This document shows positions 1 through 8,572 of a stretch of DNA of 64,000 nucleotides, piece by piece (the first letter of the stretch is position 1; every line of letters starts with the position of its first letter). This stretch comes from Tequatrovirus LF73P3, in the sequence record OZ035756.1. The stretch is one strand, 5' to 3'. Made by a program: the position numbers and the translations under genes. Under the pieces are notes generated by a model, which did not search any database, was not told where the DNA came from, and saw nothing but the letters and a program-made list of their open reading frames with translations.

Positions 1-468
1 GAAACATACAGTGAAATTATTGAAAAGGAAAGAAATGCACGCTTTGAATCTGTCGCCCTAGAACAACTCCAGATAGTTCATATATCATCTGAGGCAGACT
101 TTAGTGCGGTGTATTCTTTCCGCCCTAAAAACTTAAACTATTTTGTTGATATTATAGCATATGAAGGAAAATTACCTTCAACAATAAGTGAAAAATCACT
201 TGGAGGATATCCTGTTGATAAAACTATGGATGAATATGCAGTTCATTTAAATGGACGTCATTATTATTCAAACTCAAAATTTGCTTTTTTACCAACTAAA
301 AAGCCTACTCCCGAAATAAATTACATGTACAGTTGTCCATATTTTAATTTGGATAATATCTATGCTGGAACAATAACCATGTACTGGTATAGAAATGATC
401 ATATAAGTAATGACCGCCTTGAATCAATATGTGCTCAGGCGGCCAGAATATTAGGAAGGGCTAAATAA
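1..468 (+). CDS. t: Holin T, 3' portion (frame is open from base 1, so the gene starts upstream of the window)
   Basis: Frame-1 translation from position 1 has no stop until 468 and ends ...CAQAARILGRAK, matching recalled T4 holin T C-terminus; only plus-strand gene in this part. Confidence 0.8.
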   Translation, partial: ETYSEIIEKERNARFESVALEQLQIVHISSEADFSAVYSFRPKNLNYFVDIIAYEGKLPSTISEKSLGGYPVDKTMDEYAVHLNGRHYYSNSKFAFLPTKKPTPEINYMYSCPYFNLDNIYAGTITMYWYRNDHISNDRLESICAQAARILGRAK

Positions 469-741
469 TTATTTGTTTGTATACATCTCTAGATATCGAT
501 ATACACCCTCAAAACCCTCGTTGAATTCGTCGATGAGGGTTTTCTTATCTTCTTGAGTTAATTCAGAAACAATTTTACGGAATGAATTCTGATTTAACTT
601 TCTACCTTCATGCGTTACTCCAATCTCATTCAGAAATGCAATAAAATTAGCACGATTCTCAACAATATCTTCTCTGGAAAATTTAATCAAAATAGACGCA
701 ACAGTAATAATTTCACGAACTGTATCAATATTTTTATTCAT
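469..741 (-). CDS. asiA: AsiA anti-sigma70 factor / MotA co-activator
   Basis: 90 aa, MNKNIDTVREIITVASILIKFSRED... matches recalled T4 AsiA in sequence and length. Confidence 0.85.
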   Translation of the reverse strand: MNKNIDTVREIITVASILIKFSREDIVENRANFIAFLNEIGVTHEGRKLNQNSFRKIVSELTQEDKKTLIDEFNEGFEGVYRYLEMYTNK

Positions 742-902
742 TAACTATACCACTCAATTAGTTGACTTTGTTATAATATCATCAGACGCTTGATTTGTAA
801 ACTGGTCTGTGGTATTTTCTTCAAAAATTTTTTCTACGAATTCCTTGAACGACTTACGTTCCTGAGCTACATTATGCTCGATTACTTTTTCAAGATTATG
901 AC

Positions 903-1181
903 TCATTCGAAATAATCTTCAATTTCATAATCAAGGACATAAATCATTATAGTTTTTAATACATCATCAATACTTTTTCCTGGAGCTGGAATTACGTAAA
1001 AATATCCCGCCTTTGAGTTATCTTTATAAGTTCCAATCAAGAAATCATTATTCCCAAGATGTAGTTCTTCAACTAATTCATTAACAATTGAGTGGTATAA
1101 ATTTGGTAGAAACTTGTATAGCTTTTCTAGAATATCAATTTTGATTGTGTATTGAACCACAGACTGAGAATCAATAATCAT
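903..1181 (-). CDS. arn: Arn-like anti-restriction protein (candidate)
   Basis: 92 aa ORF at the syntenic position next to asiA; T4 Arn is 92 aa; assigned by synteny and length only. Confidence 0.5.
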   Translation of the reverse strand: MIIDSQSVVQYTIKIDILEKLYKFLPNLYHSIVNELVEELHLGNNDFLIGTYKDNSKAGYFYVIPAPGKSIDDVLKTIMIYVLDYEIEDYFE

Positions 1182-1264
1182 AGACCTTCCCCTTATGTTT
1201 CTGTTTGCGATTAGATTCTTTAAATGCTTTCTTCTTATCTTTGTGGACAGAAGCTTTATTAAAA

Positions 1265-1483
1265 TTATGTTTTGCGACTAAATTGTTCATAGTGCTGAAT
1301 TACCTCTCTCAAACATTTGCATATGAATGAAAACTTTTTAGCTACACCACATTCAAATATATGTTCTCTTAAATCACGCGTGTCAGTATATCCTATCTCA
1401 ACAATAAAATGCCGTATTAGATTTTTATCTTTATCATTGAGAGAATTAAAATAATCGGATTTTGAATTAATTTCCCTGGCCAA
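1265..1483 (-). CDS. hypothetical protein (72 aa)
   Basis: six-frame ORF on the transcribed strand between arn and motA. Confidence 0.35.
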   Translation of the reverse strand: MAREINSKSDYFNSLNDKDKNLIRHFIVEIGYTDTRDLREHIFECGVAKKFSFICKCLREVIQHYEQFSRKT

Positions 1484-1763
1484 ATTGAATAACCTTTAGT
1501 TGACGTTTTAGTTCTTTTATCATTTCTTCGTTCATCGCAATATAAAGATCGCGTAAAGCAGGTTTTAGCATTCCATTTACTGGAGAACTAAATGGACATA
1601 CATAATCTTTTCCTACGAGCTTTTTGGTGAATTCCATATCACAGAACTGAAATGCCGGTTCATTGGCATAAATTCCCCAATTAGTTGACATCATTTTATT
1701 AGCATATTCCAGTGCCTGGATTTGATTCTTAATTCCATCAATTTGAAACTTTTTAATATTCAT
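1467..1763 (-). CDS. hypothetical protein (98 aa)
   Basis: six-frame ORF, start/stop coupled to neighbours. Confidence 0.4.
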   Translation of the reverse strand: MNIKKFQIDGIKNQIQALEYANKMMSTNWGIYANEPAFQFCDMEFTKKLVGKDYVCPFSSPVNGMLKPALRDLYIAMNEEMIKELKRQLKVIQFGQGN

Positions 1764-2224
1764 TAGTAAAGGTCCTCAGAGTAAAGTTCTTTTTCACTAC
1801 CACCACGTTCAATACGTACTTGTCCGGCGTAAGTTGCAATAATCATTGCTTCTTCGCGTGTCCAGTAATTGCTATACTGATCAATAAACCCTTGGTCATC
1901 ATCACAAACTTGCTGAGTAACTAATTGAGGTTTAACTACATCTAAAACTTCTGCCATATCTTTAGAATAATGACGAGCACCTGGAATAACAAGAGTTCGT
2001 CCATCTTTTAATTTAAAACGGTTGGCGGCACAAACAATTCGTCGTTGATACTTTTGGTTTTCATCCCAGTATGCGGTCTGCCAACAGATTTCAGGAACTT
2101 CTTTCAGAATATCTTCTTCTGTGCATTTATAACCATGTGCTTTAAATTTTTCAACAAGACTTTCTGGAGTTTCACGAGATAAAGGAACATTCAGCATTTT
2201 TAAACGATTAATAAATGGGTTCAT
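1763..2224 (-). CDS. hypothetical protein (153 aa)
   Basis: six-frame ORF with 4-nt stop/start overlaps to both neighbours. Confidence 0.5.
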   Translation of the reverse strand: MNPFINRLKMLNVPLSRETPESLVEKFKAHGYKCTEEDILKEVPEICWQTAYWDENQKYQRRIVCAANRFKLKDGRTLVIPGARHYSKDMAEVLDVVKPQLVTQQVCDDDQGFIDQYSNYWTREEAMIIATYAGQVRIERGGSEKELYSEDLY

Positions 2225-2550
2225 TTAAACCATCCTTTAATACGCTGCCACAGAGTTTTCTGTTGAGCTTTGTTAACACCAATTGAGCGAATAACTGGTT
2301 GAGATTCCTGGAATTCTTTATAATCAGCAAGGTAAATTTCGTAAGCTGCATCCGTAAATGAACTTATCGCCGCCATAAAATTATTGCGAATACCTACTGG
2401 AGCATCTTTACTTTCACGAATAATCATGTATTTACCAGTCTTAATCTTTACGATAGTTCCAAGATAAGCTCCATGATACCAGATATCCCACCCCTCTTGA
2501 GTGGGTTCTGCACAACGACGAAGTTCATTAACAATTTCTAACTTGTTCAT
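2221..2550 (-). CDS. hypothetical protein (109 aa), motA-adjacent
   Basis: six-frame ORF immediately downstream of motA. Confidence 0.45.
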   Translation of the reverse strand: MNKLEIVNELRRCAEPTQEGWDIWYHGAYLGTIVKIKTGKYMIIRESKDAPVGIRNNFMAAISSFTDAAYEIYLADYKEFQESQPVIRSIGVNKAQQKTLWQRIKGWFK

Positions 2551-2560
2551 TATTTATTCC

Positions 2561-3196
2561 TCACAGTTCAGATGCTACGGTGATTACTGCTTCAATGTTT
2601 TCTGCCGAGCGTTTAATGTCAAGATACACATTACCGTTTTTAGCGATTTTACATGACATACCGATATCAGTGAATTTTTGAATATGATGTTCCATCATTT
2701 TGTATCCAAAAATTCGCATATTTCCATTGTTATTAATTTCAAAATTACGAATTCCGTGAGTGCGTTTTTCTAAAATAGCAAGATAGTTACTGCGGTAAGT
2801 TTCAACCTTTTTAAGAACAAATCCATTTTCATCTAAAAGTTTTAGCATAAGGTCTTTATCTTCTTCCATATCGGAAGTAATCTCACGAGCTTTACGAGTT
2901 ACTCGTTTTTTCAGTAGTTCAGGAGCATTTTCCTGTGCATATAAAGTTGCCGCATTTGAAATAATATCCTGAGCTTCACCAGTAATGATTAATCCATCAC
3001 CAGATTTCTCTACCAGACCTTTTTTAATCAATACCCCAATATTACTATTAACTACTGCGTTACCTAAATCTAGATGCACCTCACGAACTTCTGCAGCTGT
3101 AATGAAATCTTTCTTAGCAATGGTAATTAAAATCGCAGCAGTTTTTTCATTCAGAACATCGTTAGAAGCTTTGATGATGTAAGTTACTTTAGACAT
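2561..3196 (-). CDS. motA: MotA middle-transcription activator
   Basis: 211 aa, MSKVTYIIKASNDVLNEKTAAILITIAKKDF...; length and sequence as recalled for T4 MotA. Confidence 0.8.
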   Translation of the reverse strand: MSKVTYIIKASNDVLNEKTAAILITIAKKDFITAAEVREVHLDLGNAVVNSNIGVLIKKGLVEKSGDGLIITGEAQDIISNAATLYAQENAPELLKKRVTRKAREITSDMEEDKDLMLKLLDENGFVLKKVETYRSNYLAILEKRTHGIRNFEINNNGNMRIFGYKMMEHHIQKFTDIGMSCKIAKNGNVYLDIKRSAENIEAVITVASEL

Positions 3197-3301
3197 TTTA
3201 ATCTCCGTTTCAGTTCATTTATTTGATAGGTCTATAGTATCATGTTTAAAGCAGAAGTAAACACTTTTTTGCACTCTTTTTCAAGAGCTCTAATAAAGTA
3301 C

Positions 3302-3529
3302 TTACTTAATGTTAAGATTACGAACTTCGATTTCGTCTTCATGGGCAAAATCAAACTGTTTGAATTCTGTGTCACCTTTAAATTTAAAAATCATTGTGAA
3401 GAAAGTCAGAACACCAGGTTTTTCTTCACGAACTCCACAGATGTCATATTCAATACCATCTACAACCAGTTTGTTAGCAGTCAGAGCATTTTTAGCTTTA
3501 ACGATTTCGTTTTCGATTTTAAATTTCAT
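3302..3529 (-). CDS. hypothetical protein (75 aa), gene 52.1 position
   Basis: ORF directly downstream of an early promoter cassette; SD present. Confidence 0.5.
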   Translation of the reverse strand: MKFKIENEIVKAKNALTANKLVVDGIEYDICGVREEKPGVLTFFTMIFKFKGDTEFKQFDFAHEDEIEVRNLNIK

Positions 3530-3576
3530 TTTTTGTATCTCCGGGTTGTTTGTTTCAGTTCATTTATTTGATAGTT

Positions 3577-3608
3577 GTATAGTACCATAAAGCTTTATGC
3601 TTGTAAAC
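3577..3608 (-). promoter_or_regulatory. Early sigma70-type promoter (-35 GTTTAC, 18-bp spacer with palindrome CATAAAGCTTTATG, extended -10 TGGTACTAT)
   Basis: minus-strand reading ...cGGTTTACaagcataaagctttatggTACTATACaactatcaa; conserved cassette shared with at least 8 other sites. Confidence 0.6.
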
Positions 3609-3626
3609 CGTTTTGTGAAAAAAATT

Positions 3627-3658
3627 TGAAATAAAAAAGGGAGAGCCTCGGCTCTCCC
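3627..3658 (-). terminator. Rho-independent terminator (GGGAGAGCC-GAGG-CTCTCCC hairpin followed by U-run on minus strand)
   Basis: perfect 8-bp GC-rich stem followed by TTTTTTATTT in the minus-strand sense, downstream of gene 52. Confidence 0.7.
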
Positions 3659-3663
3659 TAAAA

Positions 3664-3813
3664 TTACTGCATGACTGTGATAACTGTCATGATAACACGT
3701 TGAATTCCGAACGCAAGAAGACCTCCTGCTACGGCAGGAACAACACCTAAACCCGCCAGTAAAATGCCACCAGATACTAATGCAGCGCTTGTAATACCTA
3801 TGAATGGACTCAT
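3664..3813 (-). CDS. small hydrophobic membrane peptide (49 aa)
   Basis: ATG overlaps gene 52 stop (ATGA), SD GAGGA 7 nt upstream; MSPFIGITSAALVSGGILLAGLGVVPAVAGG...; below track size cut-off. Confidence 0.5.
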   Translation of the reverse strand: MSPFIGITSAALVSGGILLAGLGVVPAVAGGLLAFGIQRVIMTVITVMQ

Positions 3814-5138
3814 TTGATTTCCTCTAAATCTTTGGTGTATTCTGTAACTACATCAGTAGTTTTCCAATATTCGTTTTCTTCTTTTTTAGCTTTAGCTTCT
3901 TCAGCAAGTTTCTTTGCTTCGTCGGAAGTCATATGAAAAATATTCATTCCAACTAGTTTATCAACATAAGAAGAATACATATCAATTTTAGAAAGTTCTT
4001 CGGTCAGTTCTTTGCGAGTTTTACCTTGTACAACAATTTCACCTGAAATTACTTTCTTAATGAAATGTGCCTTGGCAAAGGCTAAACGAAATGCTGATTC
4101 AGTTTCTTTGATTTTGTTATCAATTCGTTTTTGGACATAAGTTTTACGAACTTCAACGAAGTCTTTGATTAAATCAACTACGTTATCGTAAACTTGTAGT
4201 TTTCCTTTCTCATTAATAACGGTAATATTCTGGGAACGACGCTCAATCAACCCGAAGTCTTTCATAATTTTTGCATGGCGTTCTTCTTCGTTATCGCTTA
4301 AGGAATATTCTTTACGGAATTTAACTTTGAAGCCAAAACCATGCTCACCGCAAGCATCATCCCACGTAATGAAACCTTTATCTTCAAGCGGGTCTAAGAT
4401 TTTACTCACATAAGTTTCACGATCATACTTATACGGAATCTCAGTGATATGCATTTGAGTTCGTGAAGTAAACTTGTACGTTCCACGAATTTCATATTGA
4501 CCGTCAATTTCAACGACTTCACCGCGAAATTCTGGAAATTCTACCTTCGGTTTAGTTACTTTCTTTCTTTGAAGAGCTTGCAATACAGCTTTCTTGACAG
4601 AAGAAACACTATGAGGAAGAATATAAGTTGCATAACCAGTTGCAATACCGGAAACACCATTAAGAAGAACAGTAGGAATAATAGGCAAATAGAAAGCAGG
4701 CGGAATGTGTTCTTTATCTTGATGTACCGGAGCATATTCAGTATCTTTATATACGCTATAGAAATTTTTACTTACACGAGCAAAAATATAACGACTTGCC
4801 GCTGCTTTTTGAACGGTACGAGAACCAAAGTTTCCTTGACCATCTAACAGAGGAAAGTTATTATTCCAAGTATTAGCCATCAAAGCACCTGCGTCTTGTG
4901 CAGAGTTTTCACCATGATGATATCCAAGGTCTGCTACACCACCTGCAATAGAAGCGAGTTTGTGAAACTTATCTTTATTTCCTCGTGCCAAATCAAGAGC
5001 TCGAGCAATAACAAATCGTTGAACTGGCTTAAATCCATCAATCATATTTGGGATAGCACGATTTTCAACCGTGTACATAGCATAAGCCAATGCTTCGTTA
5101 TCAATGATACTTTTTAAATCGCGATTATTCAGTTGCAT
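3810..5138 (-). CDS. 52: DNA topoisomerase II medium subunit gp52
   Basis: 442 aa, GyrA-like N-terminus (PVQRFVIARALDL...), identical length to T4 gp52. Confidence 0.9.
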   Translation of the reverse strand: MQLNNRDLKSIIDNEALAYAMYTVENRAIPNMIDGFKPVQRFVIARALDLARGNKDKFHKLASIAGGVADLGYHHGENSAQDAGALMANTWNNNFPLLDGQGNFGSRTVQKAAASRYIFARVSKNFYSVYKDTEYAPVHQDKEHIPPAFYLPIIPTVLLNGVSGIATGYATYILPHSVSSVKKAVLQALQRKKVTKPKVEFPEFRGEVVEIDGQYEIRGTYKFTSRTQMHITEIPYKYDRETYVSKILDPLEDKGFITWDDACGEHGFGFKVKFRKEYSLSDNEEERHAKIMKDFGLIERRSQNITVINEKGKLQVYDNVVDLIKDFVEVRKTYVQKRIDNKIKETESAFRLAFAKAHFIKKVISGEIVVQGKTRKELTEELSKIDMYSSYVDKLVGMNIFHMTSDEAKKLAEEAKAKKEENEYWKTTDVVTEYTKDLEEIK

Positions 5139-5142
5139 AAAT

Positions 5143-5283
5143 TTACCATACTAGTGAATGTAGTGCCATAATAACATCAGAAATGAAAAGCACGACTTGA
5201 ATTAATCCGAACATTACTCCATAATATAGTGCTACCAATAAAGTAGCAAGGGCTAATGAATAGCCCAAGATTTTCTTAATCAT
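5143..5283 (-). CDS. small hydrophobic membrane peptide (46 aa)
   Basis: hand-translated [31 protein letters not shown]...; ATGA overlap with the upstream peptide gene. Confidence 0.4.
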   Translation of the reverse strand: MIKKILGYSLALATLLVALYYGVMFGLIQVVLFISDVIMALHSLVW

Positions 5284-5434
5284 TAGTAGATAACAACACA
5301 AATGTTAAATATGCACACATACCCTGAGATAAAGCTTGTGAAAACACGCTGTTAGCATCGGTGCAGATAGTTAAAACACATGCTACTATCCAACAAATCA
5401 TTGAAATAATTCCAATAATTTTCGTAATATTCAT
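5276..5434 (-). CDS. small membrane peptide, Ac-like (about 51 aa)
   Basis: hand-translated [26 protein letters not shown]...; strong SD GAGGAG; size and position fit T4 ac but assignment is tentative. Confidence 0.45.
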   Translation of the reverse strand: MNITKIIGIISMICWIVACVLTICTDANSVFSQALSQGMCAYLTFVLLSTND

Positions 5435-5530
5435 AATATTCTCCTCGATTGTTTTTAAAACCTAAAACACCGAAATTTTTAAGATTGTTACGATAGAACT
5501 GCATCACATGTTCGTTATGGAAATTACTCA

Positions 5531-5983
5531 TTAGTATACCTGCAAAACAAATTTAAAGTTATCAGCCAACATACGGTTCATTTCTTCAAGTGATTGATAC
5601 TCAGAATGATGATTACGAGTAAACGCTAAAGCTAACTGACCTTTTCCAAATCCTGTCGTCAAAGGTTTCATCTTAGAAGCAGGCAAATAAAATACTGCGT
5701 ATGGAACATTATTATTTGCAATAGTGCGCGCGAGCTGAGACCGACGTTGACGAATATGACTTAGAACTGCACTGAATCCTTGTTTAGAACGCTGATTACC
5801 TACATAAAATCGTGCAGATACGCATGAACCATATGAACCATCGAATTCACTTACTAAAAAGTAAAATCCAGGTTTAGATAAAATATCTTTGTGCGGAGTT
5901 CCCAAAAACCATTCACCGCCCTTGATTGTACCAATAACAGTAGCACCTGCATTATTCAGATCAGTAACAGTCATGTATTTCAT
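5531..5983 (-). CDS. ndd: Ndd nucleoid disruption protein
   Basis: 150 aa, [33 protein letters not shown]... matches recalled T4 Ndd. Confidence 0.75.
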   Translation of the reverse strand: MKYMTVTDLNNAGATVIGTIKGGEWFLGTPHKDILSKPGFYFLVSEFDGSYGSCVSARFYVGNQRSKQGFSAVLSHIRQRRSQLARTIANNNVPYAVFYLPASKMKPLTTGFGKGQLALAFTRNHHSEYQSLEEMNRMLADNFKFVLQVY

Positions 5984-6042
5984 ATTAATTTCCTCTAATT
6001 ATTTTCTACTCCAAGGCCGCATGAATACACACGGCCGATAAA

Positions 6043-6258
6043 TTAATCGTCGCAGTCGACGCTCAATTCCCAAAACTCTTCTACGGTATAAGTTTCAGTA
6101 TCATTTTCAATACAGAAACGTTCATTGCTGTTATTTGCTAAAGTAGCGTTAACTGTCATTTTCTCGCTAGTGCTCTTAAGAGGTGAAATACGAATTAACT
6201 GATCACCACTATCTAAGCAAAAAATTTCGCCAACTTTTACATCTTTAAAAATTTTCAT
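6043..6258 (-). CDS. hypothetical protein (71 aa)
   Basis: six-frame ORF in the ndd-denB interval. Confidence 0.4.
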   Translation of the reverse strand: MKIFKDVKVGEIFCLDSGDQLIRISPLKSTSEKMTVNATLANNSNERFCIENDTETYTVEEFWELSVDCDD

Positions 6259-6373
6259 AATTCACCTCAGGAAGTATAAAATCCAAATGCAGTTGTTGAC
6301 CATCCCATCCAATACGGAAAATTTGCACCGACGTAAAACATGAGAATATAAAACCAACCACTCAATAAATTCA

Positions 6374-6592
6374 TCATTTTACACCATTCCAAATTGTTTC
6401 AACCACAGATTTTAAGCCATTTTGATGAATGTCCATTCCGACAACTGCCATCAAATAAATTCCAACTACAACTGAACCTAAGGCAAAAATCAGCATGAAA
6501 ATGAATAAAGCCGGAAAAATATTATCGAAAAACCATTCAATAAATGTAAAAGCACTGCGTTTACGCTTCATATTTTCCTCACATAAATCCAA
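6374..6592 (-). CDS. hypothetical membrane protein (72 aa)
   Basis: two predicted hydrophobic helices. Confidence 0.4.
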   Translation of the reverse strand: MDLCEENMKRKRSAFTFIEWFFDNIFPALFIFMLIFALGSVVVGIYLMAVVGMDIHQNGLKSVVETIWNGVK

Positions 6593-6692
6593 AGTAAGCG
6601 TTTAATACATCAATCATTAAAACGATTGGGAATATACTCAAAACTACTAGTATTATAACTACATTCCATATAGCTTTAACAATCTTTTTCAT
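6579..6692 (-). CDS. small membrane peptide (37 aa; track ORF trimmed to first ATG after promoter)
   Basis: ATG at 6692 preceded by SD GGAGG within the conserved cassette leader; track start lies upstream of the promoter. Confidence 0.4.
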   Translation of the reverse strand: MKKIVKAIWNVVIILVVLSIFPIVLMIDVLNAYFGFM

Positions 6693-6717
6693 TTTCTGTT
6701 CCTCCGTAGTTGATAGG

Positions 6718-6750
6718 ATAATAATACCACAGAGGAACAGTCTTGTAAAC
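6718..6750 (-). promoter_or_regulatory. Early sigma70-type promoter (GTTTAC -35, TATTAT -10); near-identical copy of the cassette at 58000..58029
   Basis: minus-strand GTTTACaagactgttcctctgtggTATTATTAT. Confidence 0.55.
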
Positions 6751-6935
6751 AACTTTTTTAAAAATATTCGTAATAAATGTGAATACCAATTACTACCGCT
6801 GAAACTTGTGCAACCCACCACGCACAAGCAATAAGTACAGAATTCAAAATTTTCATAATAACCTCATTACAAAAGTAAATGTTAAACAAATTAATGGAAT
6901 ACTAATTAACCAAACAAAACACCACCACAATGAAC

Positions 6936-7208
6936 TCATAGTTCAATCTCAGCGATTTTCATTTCATTACTATTAATAGCCGCTTTAAGACTATCTGAAA
7001 GAATTACACACCAGTGGTCATTCATATGACCGTTAACTAAGCGTGTAATTTCTTCGGGAGTTGAAAAATAAGGCGTATCAGACTCCCAATGCGATAATCC
7101 CAAGCGAGTATAAATCATACCTTCATCATCGCTAGAATATTCAACTGACACAAACTCATCAGTTATTTTATGTTTAGCGTAATAAAATTTAAATTTCATT
7201 TTACTCAA
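6936..7208 (-). CDS. hypothetical protein (90 aa)
   Basis: six-frame ORF. Confidence 0.4.
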   Translation of the reverse strand: MSKMKFKFYYAKHKITDEFVSVEYSSDDEGMIYTRLGLSHWESDTPYFSTPEEITRLVNGHMNDHWCVILSDSLKAAINSNEMKIAEIEL

Positions 7209-7411
7209 TAATCTGCTAAAAGATCGACGATTGCATCACGAAGACACTTATTCGCAATACGTTTAAGAACAATTTCAGTTTCTGGAGCATTTTGAATAAT
7301 CATTGAATTCAATTCAGCCTCAGCAAACTGAAGTTCTTTAACTAATTCAGCTTTATATTTTCCTTGCCCTTTCTTAGCTTTTGCTCGTTTTAATTCAGCT
7401 GTAGTAAACAT
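7205..7411 (-). CDS. hypothetical protein (about 68 aa; trimmed to ATG downstream of promoter)
   Basis: track ORF 7205..7510 extends through the promoter cassette; first ATG with SD-like GAGA is at 7411. Confidence 0.4.
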   Translation of the reverse strand: MFTTAELKRAKAKKGQGKYKAELVKELQFAEAELNSMIIQNAPETEIVLKRIANKCLRDAIVDLLADY

Positions 7412-7447
7412 TTTATTCTCTAAATCCATATCAGTTGATAGTTGTAT

Positions 7448-7478
7448 AGTACCACAGTCCTTGTGGTATGTAAACTGT
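7448..7478 (-). promoter_or_regulatory. Early sigma70-type promoter cassette (GTTTAC, spacer with CCACA...TGTGG inverted repeat, TGGTACTAT)
   Basis: minus-strand GTTTACataccacaaggactgtggTACTATACaactatcaactgata. Confidence 0.6.
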
Positions 7479-7491
7479 TTTGTGAAATTTT

Positions 7492-8049
7492 TTAAATGGA
7501 AAGATACCATCCGCTGTAGTTGCTTTTTCTTACAACCTTACGAAGGTCTTCTCTATCACCGATGAACTTCGGAGTGTACTGGATGACACCTGGGTGAATT
7601 TCTTTAGTGTTGAATATAATTATACAGTCAGCGACCTGATGATTCAGAATGGGCCCTAGATTTATTCCAGAACCGTATGGATACTCTCCGCTGCATCCTG
7701 TTGTTACAGAAATCCAACGCGAGTCAGTTTGATGTGTCTTAACTTCTACGCGAAGCCCGCAGTATCTTGGATGCGCCAATACATCCCATGCGTATGTATA
7801 CGGGTCATTAACATCCTCTTGGCCTTTGTTAACATACCCGCTTAGCCAATCTGCTACAAAAAACTCTGCGTACACCGCGATACGACATCTTTCAATAACT
7901 TCTGCTTTATCCTGGTTCGGGTTTTGTTTTAAAGAGTATCTTGCTGTATCAGCAATTTTGACCTTCATTTCACTAGTCAAGTCACTGTTCGATAGGGTAA
8001 ATGTCGGAATCTGAAATAGTCTCTGTAAACCCGGATTCGTTTTCTGCAT
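7492..8049 (-). CDS. denB: DenB endonuclease IV (candidate)
   Basis: 185 aa at syntenic position between ndd and rIIB; T4 DenB is 185 aa. Confidence 0.6.
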   Translation of the reverse strand: MQKTNPGLQRLFQIPTFTLSNSDLTSEMKVKIADTARYSLKQNPNQDKAEVIERCRIAVYAEFFVADWLSGYVNKGQEDVNDPYTYAWDVLAHPRYCGLRVEVKTHQTDSRWISVTTGCSGEYPYGSGINLGPILNHQVADCIIIFNTKEIHPGVIQYTPKFIGDREDLRKVVRKSNYSGWYLSI

Positions 8050-8311
8050 TTAGACTTTCCTTTTTACCGCTGAGATAAGCGTTATATACTTTAAGAGTGC
8101 CGTAATAAATTCGGTCATTTTCATCTAAAGACTCACGGTCAAGTTCATCGAGTTCCTTTTTATCCATGACTATAACATCATTGCAGTAAAGAAACCCAAG
8201 TTTTTCGTGACCAAACTCAAATTTATTGCAGTACACAATATTAGCGTGATGATTTCCGTGTAGATTAATCTCTTTTATGTCGGAATCACCGATATTCATA
8301 CAATAAATCAT
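7982..8311 (-). CDS. hypothetical protein (109 aa)
   Basis: six-frame ORF; true start probably internal because of overlap with denB. Confidence 0.35.
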   Translation of the reverse strand: MIYCMNIGDSDIKEINLHGNHHANIVYCNKFEFGHEKLGFLYCNDVIVMDKKELDELDRESLDENDRIYYGTLKVYNAYLSGKKESLNAENESGFTETISDSDIYPIEQ

Positions 8312-8317
8312 AATTTT

Positions 8318-8346
8318 TCCTTAAAACAAAAGGGCCGAAGCCCCTT
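8318..8346 (-). terminator. C(UUCG)G tetraloop hairpin with U-run (terminator or RNA stabiliser)
   Basis: minus-strand AAGGGGC-UUCG-GCCCUU followed by UUUUGUUUU. Confidence 0.55.
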
Positions 8347-8349
8347 ATT

Positions 8350-8544
8350 TTATTTGAATTGTGCAATTCTTTTTTCTAAACAATCTGCGTAAGATTTCAT
8401 TGAGATGAACTGTGAAAGCAGTAATTCTTGCTCAACTTCATTAACTGATAGAAACTTTGTGCTTTCTAAAAATTTGCTCAGTGCATTAATTTTGAGCATT
8501 AATTGATCGTATTCTTCTTTTACTCGTGCTTGATAACCTAACAT
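8350..8544 (-). CDS. hypothetical protein (64 aa)
   Basis: six-frame ORF between rIIB and denB. Confidence 0.4.
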   Translation of the reverse strand: MLGYQARVKEEYDQLMLKINALSKFLESTKFLSVNEVEQELLLSQFISMKSYADCLEKRIAQFK

Positions 8545-8572
8545 AATTTTCCTTAGTTAAGGGCCGAAGCCC

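Noticed and set aside
109-468. Track ORF 109..468 as an independent 119-aa gene
   Set aside because: The frame is open back to position 1, so this is the C-terminal part of a longer gene (holin t) that starts upstream of the window.
2985-3182. Plus-strand ORFs lying inside minus-strand genes (for example 2985..3182 in motA, 4497..4847 in gene 52, 12491..12994 in gene 39, 35009..35353 in gene 43, 50526..51181 in nrdD)
   Set aside because: They sit antisense within well-supported conserved genes, lack SDs, and have low-complexity or AT-skewed translations; treated as spurious.
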